Of a stretch of 32,110 nucleotides of DNA, positions 17,526 to 26,504 are shown piece by piece. Within the stretch, counting starts at the first letter, position 1. Each line of letters starts with the position of its first letter. Made by a program: the position numbers and the translations under genes. The stretch is taken from assembly GCA_044356215.1 (NCBI GenBank), contig JBIKWQ010000034.1, forward strand, positions 1 through 32,110, written 5' to 3'. Under the pieces are notes generated by a model that did no database searches, was not told where the DNA came from, and saw only the letters and a program-made list of their open reading frames with translations. The DNA is from Bdellovibrionota bacterium. Lineage in GTDB: Bacteria; Bdellovibrionota_C; UBA2361; OMII01.

Positions 17526-19175
17526 TCACCGAGTCTCAATCAGCTCTCTAGCCGAGGCTCTCGAAGCGTCGGTTATCTTAAAGCCAGCCAACATGCGGGC
17601 TATCTCGTCTACCTTCTCTGATTCGTTTAAGGCCTTAACTACAGTGAGCGCACGCTCGCCTACTTCTTTCTGAACTAAGAAATGCTTATCTGAAAGCGAT
17701 GCCACCTGCGGAAGATGCGTGATGCACAGAACTTGAGATCTCTCTGAGATATCCTTTAACATTCGACCAACAGATCTGGCGACTCCTCCTGAGATACCGG
17801 TATCAACTTCATCAAAGATTAAAACATTAACACCAGACTGCTCTCTTAAGATCTTTTTGAGCACTAACATCACCCGAGAGAGCTCTCCTCCAGAGGCTAT
17901 CTTCCCAAGAGGAGCAAAGGGCTCACCCTTATTCGTCGATATTAAAAACTCTACTTTGTCAGTTCCTATCGGGGTTGGCTCACACGGGGTAAAGCGCACG
18001 TCTATCGCGGCTCCGATCATCGCTAGCTCAGCCAAGTCACGTTTTACACCGTCTATCAACTTCTTTGCCGCGGCTTCTCTAACTCGACGTAGCTCAGCTC
18101 CATAGCGCTTCACATCGGCCTCAAGTGTCTCCACCTCACGCTCAAGCTTGGCGCTACTGACACCTCCGCCTAAACGCGAGAGCTCGTCTTTGGCTTTAAC
18201 CAGGCGCTCAGCTAATCCGGCATCATCTAAACGATACTTACGCTCAAGTCGCGCTAGCTCTGATAGCTCCTCTCGCAAGCGTTCAAGCTCAGATGAATCG
18301 AGATCCAAACTATCAACATACCGACTAATAGAGAGCTCACTCTCGCTAAGAGACTCGCGAGCACTCTCAAAATCAGCGACCAGCGCGGACGTTCCCGGAT
18401 CCAACCGCCGCATATCTGAGAGGGCGCCAGAGATCTCCTTTAGCGTACTCACAAGCCCATCCTCTCCAGATATAAGATGAAGAGCCCTCTGTCCGGCCTG
18501 TGACAAACGCTCTGAATTCCCGATCCGTTTGATGCCACTCTCAAGTCGCTGTCTTAACCCAGCTCCTAAATTTGAGATCGCCTCTAACTCCTCTACAACA
18601 ACACGAAGCTCCTCACGCCGCTCGGCTCCTTGAGACTCGTCCTTTAAAAGAGCCGCTAAATTCTGCTTCGCCTGATACCAGGCGTTATAGCTTTGGCGAG
18701 CCTTATCCAACAATTCACCGTTCTCGGCGAAACCATCTAGAAGCTCAACGTGATATTTAGGATCTAGCAATTTGGTCTGGTGGTGCTGACTACAGATATT
18801 AACTAGTTTGCGAACTATCTCTTCTAGTAATGAGACGGTTCCTAATCTACCGTTAATCAAAACTTTTCCGCGCCCCTCTCGTGGCTGCGTGCGCGAGACA
18901 ACTAGCTCGTCGTCTTCCCCTACAATGTCTGGCAGATCCGCTCTGATCTCAGGGGCAATCTGAGTCAGATCAAAAAGCGCCTGCACCTCCATCTGATCCG
19001 CGCCAGAACGTATGAGGCTCGTTGAACCCTTACCGCCAAGAATAAACTCAAGCGCGTTTAGAATAATCGACTTACCCGCGCCCGTTTCACCACTAATGAC
19101 ATTAAAATTCGCGTGAAACGATAGGGACTGTCTCTCGATAATAGCAAAATTGGTTATCGTTAACTCTGACAACAT
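17526..19175 (-). CDS. recN: DNA repair protein RecN
   Basis: GETGAGKS Walker A, ASGGELSR signature, IFDEVD Walker B and ITHLPQVA. Confidence 0.97.
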   Translation of the reverse strand: MLSELTITNFAIIERQSLSFHANFNVISGETGAGKSIILNALEFILGGKGSTSLIRSGADQMEVQALFDLTQIAPEIRADLPDIVGEDDELVVSRTQPREGRGKVLINGRLGTVSLLEEIVRKLVNICSQHHQTKLLDPKYHVELLDGFAENGELLDKARQSYNAWYQAKQNLAALLKDESQGAERREELRVVVEELEAISNLGAGLRQRLESGIKRIGNSERLSQAGQRALHLISGEDGLVSTLKEISGALSDMRRLDPGTSALVADFESARESLSESELSISRYVDSLDLDSSELERLREELSELARLERKYRLDDAGLAERLVKAKDELSRLGGGVSSAKLEREVETLEADVKRYGAELRRVREAAAKKLIDGVKRDLAELAMIGAAIDVRFTPCEPTPIGTDKVEFLISTNKGEPFAPLGKIASGGELSRVMLVLKKILREQSGVNVLIFDEVDTGISGGVARSVGRMLKDISERSQVLCITHLPQVASLSDKHFLVQKEVGERALTVVKALNESEKVDEIARMLAGFKITDASRASARELIETR

Positions 19176-19255
19176 ATCGTTGGACCGCTGTTATACTTAA
19201 GACTACGAACGCCTGATTTTGCTACGTTATAGCAGGTAACTGCAAGCTTTTTGGA

Positions 19256-20128
19256 CTAATCCGGCCGATTCGGCACACCCCAGTTAAGCTTGGTTCGCAA
19301 TATATCAAAGTAGCTCTTATCCTCTGATATCACAAATCTAACGGCCTGTTTAGCTTGGCTAACTTTAACCTTATCGCCTGGCTGTAAACTCTCAGATACC
19401 TGGCCGTCTACTGTAACCAGGACCTCGTCGTGGAATTTAGGGAGCTCAAGCTCGATTCGCGCTGAACCTGGCAAAATTAATGGGCGATTAGTTAGCGAGT
19501 GCGGGCACACCGGAGTAACCAGGATCACACTAAGGGACGGGTGCGCGATCGATCCACCAGCGGCTAATGAATAAGCTGTCGAGCCAGTTGGGGTGGCGAA
19601 GATGATTCCATCCGCGCGGATCCGCGCCACATCTTGACCGTTTACCCCAAGATCTAGCTCAGGCAAAGGAGCTCGGGCACCCTTCTGAACAACGATATCG
19701 TTAACTGCCTGCGACTCAAAAACGTTCTTGCCGTCTCGTTCAACTACCACATGAAGCAGCACCCGCTCAGCGCAGCTAACTTTTCCAGCTAGGGCGTCCT
19801 CTAAGGATTTCATTAATTCATCTGGTCGAACCTCGGTTAAGAACCCGAGGTTGCCGAAATTAACCCCAACAAAAACCGGACTAGAACCTCGCACATAGCG
19901 CGCCACTCCGATAAGCGTCCCATCACCTCCCAATGTCACGATCGGATCTGCCCGCTCAACTAACTCCTTAGCTGAGAACCCCGGCTCTGTAAGCTGCAGA
20001 ATGTGTGCGGTCTGCTTCTCTGTGTCTACCGGTATATTGCGCGCGGAGCACCAGGCTAAGACCTGCCCTGCACAGTCAACGATCTTCTGATTTCCCGGCC
20101 TGATTACTAAACCGACTCTCTTAGTCAT
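19256..20128 (-). CDS. nadK: NAD kinase
   Basis: GGDGT, GNLGFL, ND and ATPTGSTAYSL motifs; directly upstream of recN. Confidence 0.96.
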   Translation of the reverse strand: MTKRVGLVIRPGNQKIVDCAGQVLAWCSARNIPVDTEKQTAHILQLTEPGFSAKELVERADPIVTLGGDGTLIGVARYVRGSSPVFVGVNFGNLGFLTEVRPDELMKSLEDALAGKVSCAERVLLHVVVERDGKNVFESQAVNDIVVQKGARAPLPELDLGVNGQDVARIRADGIIFATPTGSTAYSLAAGGSIAHPSLSVILVTPVCPHSLTNRPLILPGSARIELELPKFHDEVLVTVDGQVSESLQPGDKVKVSQAKQAVRFVISEDKSYFDILRTKLNWGVPNRPD

Positions 20129-21369
20129 CTACTTACTTCCCCTTTTGAATCGACATCACCGGACTTCTTATTAATATCGCTCAATACCGCGCCCAAACGT
20201 TGGTCAGCCACCTCTTGCGACCGATATTCACGTCCCGCTACCGCAGCTACGACCCGACCCGGACCAGAAACCAGTGAATCGTAAGTACTCGACCACTTCT
20301 TACCATCTTCCTCTGGTAAGAGCGAAGCTACGGTGACTGGCTCGTATCCACTTAATGAAAGGACCGCGTTGCCGACAAGATAAAGCGCATAGGGTGGAAA
20401 AACCACCGCGGTTCCAACATTTAAGGCCGCGTCTCCGAGACCTGATCCGTAGGCAAAATTTCCGCCCACAGTCGAGAGCACCTCTTTAGCCTGATCAGAG
20501 CTCATCGGTTTCCCAACCACATCTAGCCCTGATGGTTTATCTTTTGGACGCTCATGAACCACTCCACAGCCAATCAAACCTGGTAGGATAATTACGATAA
20601 CAGATAACGGGCGAAGCAAATTTCGCAGAGGCGATATAAACAGCAATCCAATCATAAATAGCGCTGCACCGATTACCTGCGCCTCGCTAAACCCACCAAG
20701 CACATCCGGATTGATACGAAAGATCTCCACCACTATCCGCTCTATCGAGATAAGCGCTAGATACAAACCAAACCGCTGAAGTGGTTTCACCAATATCGTG
20801 TCGCTCCGCTCAACAAGGAGAAGGATCCAAACGATCACTAAAGAGATCGCCGACTCAAATAGCGGCGTGGGATAAACTCTTATTCCTGGTGGTGTTGGAA
20901 CAACTCCTGTCGAATACGACATCCCCCAGAAGCCCGAGCTAAGTGAGCCGTAGTCCCCATCACCTGAAAGCTGACACCCTAGGCGCCCCACAGCATAGCC
21001 CAAGGCCAATGCTGGTCCAGCAGCATCACAAAAACGCGCTATGCTTGTCCCATCACGACGAGCCATCAAAGAGAGAAAGATCGCGGCAATTATAAAACCG
21101 CCATAGAAAGTGAATCCAGCGCTGGCGAAAAGCGCACCGATTAGATCATGCCGCAGCTCACTCCAATTCTCTCCGATATGCCAGAGACGCGCGCCGAGCA
21201 GACCCGAGATCCCCGCTGCTGTTACATAGCGTTCAGCCAAACGTGGGTCGATCCCGTAACGTGCAAAGCTAAGAGCTAATCGTGCTGCTCCAACAAATAG
21301 CGCTAACGCCACCATCAATCCGAAGCTGCGAATCGGAAGTGGGCCTAATTCAATTACATTCGGAATCAT
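20125..21369 (-). CDS. lgt: Prolipoprotein diacylglyceryl transferase with a ~150-aa C-terminal lipoprotein-like extension
   Basis: aa 1-~250 show I.LGP..IRSFG, LGARL, GFTFYGG, GRLGC..GD..YG, P.PLFE and R..VE.FR. They are followed by VIVIILPGLIG-C268 and an unrelated domain. Confidence 0.85.
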   Translation of the reverse strand: MIPNVIELGPLPIRSFGLMVALALFVGAARLALSFARYGIDPRLAERYVTAAGISGLLGARLWHIGENWSELRHDLIGALFASAGFTFYGGFIIAAIFLSLMARRDGTSIARFCDAAGPALALGYAVGRLGCQLSGDGDYGSLSSGFWGMSYSTGVVPTPPGIRVYPTPLFESAISLVIVWILLLVERSDTILVKPLQRFGLYLALISIERIVVEIFRINPDVLGGFSEAQVIGAALFMIGLLFISPLRNLLRPLSVIVIILPGLIGCGVVHERPKDKPSGLDVVGKPMSSDQAKEVLSTVGGNFAYGSGLGDAALNVGTAVVFPPYALYLVGNAVLSLSGYEPVTVASLLPEEDGKKWSSTYDSLVSGPGRVVAAVAGREYRSQEVADQRLGAVLSDINKKSGDVDSKGEVSR

Positions 21370-21373
21370 GCCC

Positions 21374-21922
21374 CTACTTTAAGAGGCCACGGAAGACTTG
21401 CAAAGCTTTAATCTGCGTCCATTCACGAGGGCCTATTATTTTTGTCACGGGGGTGCCATCCTCTGGGTCCTCTATCAGCAGAACCTTGTGCTCGGCATCG
21501 AGAACAAACGACTCGGGAAATCCTTTTAGCTCGAAATTGCGCTTACTCTTTCCTTCCTCATCGATCAGCACCGGATAGGTAATGCCATATTCACGCACCG
21601 CCTCCCTGATATTATTCACGGTATCATCAACCGCGACGCCGACTATCGTGAAGCCCTGTTCGCGAAGAGATTCATAAAGGCGCTGTAAGGCAGGAAGCTC
21701 TGCCATACACGGACCGCACCAGGTGGCCCAGAAGTTAACTAGAACGATCTTTCCCTTGACCTGGTGCAATGAGAGTTTATTACCTGATAGATCTATCCCC
21801 ACCACGTCTGGAGAGATCTCGCCAGGATAGATGCCGCGCCTTGAATCAGAGCAGCCAGAAAAGACAAGCGCCGCTGCTACCACGACGAGTAGCAACGGCG
21901 CTAAGTAACGCAGCGTCTTCAC
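21374..21922 (-). CDS. TlpA/ResA-family thioredoxin-like lipoprotein
   Basis: VNFWATWCGPC..ELP, cis-Pro loop GFPESF and lipobox FSG-C. Confidence 0.92.
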   Translation of the reverse strand: MKTLRYLAPLLLVVVAAALVFSGCSDSRRGIYPGEISPDVVGIDLSGNKLSLHQVKGKIVLVNFWATWCGPCMAELPALQRLYESLREQGFTIVGVAVDDTVNNIREAVREYGITYPVLIDEEGKSKRNFELKGFPESFVLDAEHKVLLIEDPEDGTPVTKIIGPREWTQIKALQVFRGLLK

Positions 21923-21933
21923 GAAGAGCGCGA

Positions 21934-22158
21934 CTAAACCTTTGCTGAAGCTGACGGGATCTTCCCGTACTTCTTCTTAAAGCGGTCTACACGTCCCTCA
22001 GTATCGAGGAGCTTCTGCTGACCAGTGTAGAAAGGGTGGCACTTTGAGCACACACCTACGCGGATCTCTGGAAGAGTAGCGCCTGTCGAGAATGTGCTGC
22101 CGCAACCGCCGCAATACACCGTAGCATCGTAATAAGTTGGATGAATATTATCTTTCAT
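21934..22158 (-). CDS. rpmE: 50S ribosomal protein L31 (zinc-binding type)
   Basis: MKDNIHP.Y...CGGC...[21 protein letters not shown]; true start is ATG 22158. Confidence 0.96.
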   Translation of the reverse strand: MKDNIHPTYYDATVYCGGCGSTFSTGATLPEIRVGVCSKCHPFYTGQQKLLDTEGRVDRFKKKYGKIPSASAKV

Positions 22159-22167
22159 AGCGGTCGG

Positions 22168-22197
22168 AGGGTACTTTAGCGGTGGGGTAGATGTCAA
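22168..22197 (-). promoter_or_regulatory. Putative sigma70 promoter of rpmE, near-leaderless
   Basis: TTGACA-18 nt-TACCCT, ending 9 nt before the ATG; no SD. Confidence 0.55.
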
Positions 22198-22247
22198 GCG
22201 TATGGCGGCCAACGCTCCAAAAAATCCGGCGAGTAGTTGCAGTTAAA

Positions 22248-22649
22248 TTAAGCCGCCTGTCGCCCGATCTTCCAACGATTATAGAAACTTGAAAGAGCTC
22301 CAGGATAGGCCTGTTCAACCTGGTCTATTACCATGCCGAGAACTAATTGCTGATCCTCATCTAACGTGCCAGGGTTAGGCAGCTGCGCCACGATCGCCAT
22401 CGCGATCTCCTGCTCATGAATTAAAAAACGTGCTGATTCGGAGAACTTGTTAGCGATCTGTAAAATGTTAAAGGCTACATAGTGTTCGATGGCTAAATGA
22501 AATGATGTAGCTAACTCACGGATAATCCTGTGAATTACCTGTGCTGATATCTCGCCGGGATAATTAGCTAATCCAAATAGCCACCCTTCGATCTCGATCT
22601 CAAACACTTCGTCGTATCGGTCTTTAACGGGTATCATAGCGCTCTTCAA
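22248..22649 (-). CDS. Hypothetical protein, predicted helical
   Basis: Open frame fills the gap, is co-oriented, and starts 6 nt after the upstream stop. The start may be TTG 22649 or ATG 22637. Confidence 0.65.
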   Translation of the reverse strand: MKSAMIPVKDRYDEVFEIEIEGWLFGLANYPGEISAQVIHRIIRELATSFHLAIEHYVAFNILQIANKFSESARFLIHEQEIAMAIVAQLPNPGTLDEDQQLVLGMVIDQVEQAYPGALSSFYNRWKIGRQAA

Positions 22650-22655
22650 ATCCTT

Positions 22656-23498
22656 CTAGTCGATCTTCCGTAGAATGTCCGCCGGGTCAAAATCTACAAT
22701 CGGAATCCCAAAAAAGGGACTGCTGATAGATCGGGGAACTGCAGGCAATTGCTTCACCTCTTCTTCCATTTTTGACTGGTCCTTGGCCCGCTCGATTAAC
22801 ACAAACGCTATGTAACCAGCAGCAATCGTTCGAATATCCTCAAATATCTTGGTCACCGCTTCGGGAGATAGAGAATCTGGCAATCTAGACAGAAGCTGCA
22901 GTTTATCAAACTGCGTGGCCTCGCTCTTAATCAGCATAATCCGAATATCGTCGAACTCATCTGGCTCCAAGCCAAGACGCTTTAGATCGGTTTGCAGAAG
23001 TTGTGATAGAAGCCAAACCCAAGATGGCTGACTCCTCTCAAGCTCCGGATTTCGTATCTTAGGCGCCTGCTGCGTTTGCTTTATGGCGGGTATTCGAGGG
23101 ATGGGCTTACCCGACGACTCAACCTGAGCACCTCCCTTCATGGCCGTAGCACCTAACGGCCCCTCTCCTACTACTCCAGGCGCTCTTGGTGGTCCACCAC
23201 GGGCACCCTGAGAACCTCCGATTCCACTAGTTCGTGGAGCCAACTTGATCTCCTGTGAATCTCTACTATTCGGAACCGCTCGATTACCCTTAGCGATCAA
23301 AAGCTCCCCTCGTTTAGCTGGGTCGATCTGTTCACCCAGCTCATCGTAGAGCTGCGCAAGCCTGTCGTTGATTAACTTTCCAAGCCGCGACTTAGGAGGC
23401 GCGATAACACGCATAGCGAGCAAACGCTGCTGCGTTTGGATATGCTGCATGTCATCCCGTTCTTCGTGACGCGCATGTTCGATGGCTTTGGCGACCAT
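22656..23498 (-). CDS. Hypothetical protein with a Gly/Pro-rich central linker
   Basis: 280-aa ORF with AAAGG upstream; no family recognised. Confidence 0.7.
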   Translation of the reverse strand: MVAKAIEHARHEERDDMQHIQTQQRLLAMRVIAPPKSRLGKLINDRLAQLYDELGEQIDPAKRGELLIAKGNRAVPNSRDSQEIKLAPRTSGIGGSQGARGGPPRAPGVVGEGPLGATAMKGGAQVESSGKPIPRIPAIKQTQQAPKIRNPELERSQPSWVWLLSQLLQTDLKRLGLEPDEFDDIRIMLIKSEATQFDKLQLLSRLPDSLSPEAVTKIFEDIRTIAAGYIAFVLIERAKDQSKMEEEVKQLPAVPRSISSPFFGIPIVDFDPADILRKID

Positions 23499-23657
23499 GA
23501 GAACCTTTTAAAAGCTTGTGCCGGATCTGTGTCCTACCCCCTCATATCCGGACTTTGCGCGATTCTGATTCCGATTTATCTGGCCTGAAGACAACTAAAT
23601 AGTCCTATTCCGAACAGCAAAGGCAGCTAACTTACTGAAAACACGAGGGGTGTCTGA

Positions 23658-24254
23658 TTAGCGTATCTCGGCGATCAGGTCGGTGAGCACCCTTGAAAGA
23701 TCCCGCCCCGCACCGAAGCCCCTCTCTGCCATTAAGCTGACTAGCCTGCGCGCCTCTAATAGCTCTTTTTCATTGGCGTCCCCGATCAAGTGCTCCAGGT
23801 CAAGGAGATCCTGCCTGCGCCTTTTGTTACCCGAAGAGAGGACCTTCATAGCTATTAGGCCCGGAATATTCGCTGTCGGAACGGTCACTCCCGGGAGTAA
23901 CTCGATCTCCGATGCGGCCTGGACAACTTCGCTCTCAATTCCACAAGCGCAGAAGAGTAGGTCTAGGTAAATCCCCGGGAATTCCGCGCTTAGCATCCTC
24001 ACCGTACTAATAACGCCGGTCTCCTTCCTCTGCATCAATTCAACAGGTGCGAAACCGATTTCGCGCAGATCCCTAATGCAGGTTTCGGCTTCTGCCTCTG
24101 ACTCTAGAGCCACAACCAGATCAACATCTTTGGTAGCTCGCTCTATCGTGCGAAATGATACCGCCAATCCTCCGGCCAAACAAAACGGCGCTTTGCGGTG
24201 TTTAAACCACTCAACAGTTCTAGTAATAGCTCCAGATAAAGCACTAGCACTCAC
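23658..24254 (-). CDS. MenT1 (Rv0078A)-like nucleotidyltransferase toxin (AbiEii/DUF2204-like fold)
   Basis: GGLAVS.R...R.T.DVD, DLLF..CGIE.E....A..IE.LP, LIAMK.L, R.QD..DL and RGF...RDL follow M. tuberculosis MenT1 as I recall it. The GTG start overlaps the upstream stop. Confidence 0.85.
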   Translation of the reverse strand: MSASALSGAITRTVEWFKHRKAPFCLAGGLAVSFRTIERATKDVDLVVALESEAEAETCIRDLREIGFAPVELMQRKETGVISTVRMLSAEFPGIYLDLLFCACGIESEVVQAASEIELLPGVTVPTANIPGLIAMKVLSSGNKRRRQDLLDLEHLIGDANEKELLEARRLVSLMAERGFGAGRDLSRVLTDLIAEIR

Positions 24255-24469
24255 TTAAGAAACCTCGCCACATCACCAATAACCCCATCCGAATCGCCAT
24301 GCTCGGCTCCAGGTCTCTCCATGTACCAACGCATAACCTCCTCCGATATCTCCTCCTCGGTGATATCGGGCCTTCGTTGTTTAAGCTTATGTATGAATCC
24401 ACGCTCCACAATACGCATCAGGTCGATAAAAACATTCAACTTAGCTGAGTTACTATTATTGTCGTTCAT
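24251..24469 (-). CDS. MenA1 (Rv0078B)-like antitoxin
   Basis: 72 aa; KL....D....E......L...RP.....EI......W...RPGAE.GDS.G matches the MenA1 pattern as recalled; immediately upstream of the MenT1-like gene. Confidence 0.8.
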   Translation of the reverse strand: MNDNNSNSAKLNVFIDLMRIVERGFIHKLKQRRPDITEEEISEEVMRWYMERPGAEHGDSDGVIGDVARFLK

Positions 24470-24472
24470 AAC

Positions 24473-25429
24473 TTAAAAATGTCCGATCGGCTTAATCAAT
24501 GAATCACCTCCACACTTCACCGAAATCCGCACCACACAAAATCGGTCAACCTCAGAGTTATCTCCCAGATAACTTATATTAAAACAATTTCTATACGGCT
24601 CTACCAGATCATTAAGCAAAGCTCGCTTCCCCGCTCCGACTTCAACCAACAGCACTCCCCGCTTGCTAAGCAGAGGTAGGGCCAAACTCAAGATTCTCTT
24701 AGTATCAGCTAGTCCACGCTCATCAGAAAAAAGCGCCGATCTGGGCTCAAAAGACAGCTCTACTGGAGTGACCTCACAAGGGTCGATATAGGGAGGATTG
24801 GCTACTATCAGATCGTAGCTCGCCTTTAGCGGCAGATTCTCGTCGTACCATGAGCCGTGAATGAAATTTATCTGTTTCCCTACACCGTGACGCTCCGCGT
24901 TTCGCTTAGCTACATCAATTGCTTGAGCGCTAGCATCAAGCGCATCGCACTCAATCATCTTAAACTTTTGTTTCCGCGACTCACTCACAATCGATACTGC
25001 GATACACCCTGAGCCAGTTCCTAAATCCAAAACCGTGATCGTCTCTGTTCTCGGTACTCCAGCGAGCGACTTCAAAGCCTCCTCAACAACCAACTCGGTT
25101 TCGGGTCTCGGCACGAGTACGTTTGGATTAACCTCAAAAGCTAACCCCCAAAACTCTCGCTCGTTAATGATATAGGCTACCGGCTCTCCATGCTGTCGGC
25201 GCTCAATAAACTGGCGGAAGCGCTGACATACAGACGCCTGGCACGGATCCCTTAACGCTATGATCAACCCGCTACGCGAAACTCCAAGCGCGGCCATTAA
25301 CAGCACCTCGCTATCTAAACGTGAGGATGACGATGTCGGATCTAGCGCCAATTGACCCTCTTTCAGAAGGTCTCCTACAGAGATAAGCGCCTCTTTGGCA
25401 TCTCCATTACTGGACGGCGGTTTCACCAC
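24473..25429 (-). CDS. prmC: Release factor glutamine methyltransferase
   Basis: RR..GEPVAYI, VLVPRPETE, LDLGTGSG and NPPY motifs; overlaps the prfA 3' end. Confidence 0.96.
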   Translation of the reverse strand: MVKPPSSNGDAKEALISVGDLLKEGQLALDPTSSSSRLDSEVLLMAALGVSRSGLIIALRDPCQASVCQRFRQFIERRQHGEPVAYIINEREFWGLAFEVNPNVLVPRPETELVVEEALKSLAGVPRTETITVLDLGTGSGCIAVSIVSESRKQKFKMIECDALDASAQAIDVAKRNAERHGVGKQINFIHGSWYDENLPLKASYDLIVANPPYIDPCEVTPVELSFEPRSALFSDERGLADTKRILSLALPLLSKRGVLLVEVGAGKRALLNDLVEPYRNCFNISYLGDNSEVDRFCVVRISVKCGGDSLIKPIGHF

Positions 25430-26483
25430 GAAGCGCCTCGGCTTGATAGTAAGCCACTACAGGATCAATCAACTGATCTAAATCTCCCGCTAATACCCCA
25501 GGGATATCGCTGACTGAGATCTTTATTCGGTGATCAGTTATTCGGGACTGTGGAAAATTGTAAGTGCGGATCTTCTCAGAGCGATCTCCAGTTCCCACCT
25601 GACTTCTTCGCTCATCACGTCGCTCGGCCTCAGCGGCTTCTAGCTTGGCCTCATAGATCCTGGCTCGCAGAACGCGCATCGCTTTCTCTTTATTCTTGTG
25701 CTGCGATTTCTCATCCTGCATCGCTACAACAACACCGGTTGGCAGGTGAGTTATGCGAACCGCAGAGTCGGTGGTATTAACTGACTGACCACCCGGACCT
25801 CCTGAACGGTAAACGTCTATCCTTAGATCCTTTTCATGGATCTCGACTTCAACTTCTTCAGCCTCAGGCATAACAGCTACGGTAACGGTAGATGTGTGAA
25901 TGCGCCCCGCTCCCTCTGTTTCAGGAACACGCTGCACTCTATGAACTCCTCTCTCAAACTTCAAACGACTAAACGCGCCATCTCCGGTAATCATGGCGAT
26001 CACCTCTTTTAAGCCTTTGGGACCGGCGTCGCTGTAGCTCATCGTCTCTACTTTCCAGCCACGGGACTCAGCATAGCGCGAGTACATCCTAAATAGCTCA
26101 TAAGCGAAGATCCCCGCCTCATCGCCACCCGCACCCGCGCGGATCTCAAGGATTACGTTCTTCTCGTCATTTGGATCTTTTGGCAACAAGAGGATCTTTA
26201 ACTTACCTTCAAGGTCCTCCACTACCGCCTGCAATACCTTGGCCTCTTCCTGGGCCATTTCACGAATATCAGCGTCATTACTTGACGCGATCAATTCCTG
26301 ACTTCCAGCCAACTCCTCTTTAGCCTTTGAAAACATACGAAAGGTCTCTACAAGAGGCGTCAGAGACTTGTACTCCTTTGAATACTTCTGAAACACATCG
26401 CGATTAGCGATAATCTCCGCCTTTGATAACTGTTGCGAGAGCTGCTCGTAGCGCTCCTCTACCTCTTTTAATCTATCCCACAT
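25407..26483 (-). CDS. prfA: Peptide chain release factor 1
   Basis: GGQ motif, PET (PxT) anticodon loop and GDRSEKIRTYNFPQ. Confidence 0.98.
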   Translation of the reverse strand: MWDRLKEVEERYEQLSQQLSKAEIIANRDVFQKYSKEYKSLTPLVETFRMFSKAKEELAGSQELIASSNDADIREMAQEEAKVLQAVVEDLEGKLKILLLPKDPNDEKNVILEIRAGAGGDEAGIFAYELFRMYSRYAESRGWKVETMSYSDAGPKGLKEVIAMITGDGAFSRLKFERGVHRVQRVPETEGAGRIHTSTVTVAVMPEAEEVEVEIHEKDLRIDVYRSGGPGGQSVNTTDSAVRITHLPTGVVVAMQDEKSQHKNKEKAMRVLRARIYEAKLEAAEAERRDERRSQVGTGDRSEKIRTYNFPQSRITDHRIKISVSDIPGVLAGDLDQLIDPVVAYYQAEALRGETAVQ

Positions 26484-26504
26484 AATTAACTTCTCGTTAC
26501 AACT

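Noticed and set aside
21934..26483. rpmE lies downstream of prfA-prmC instead of upstream
   Set aside because: Local reshuffling of this cluster is common, and no functional signal is visible.
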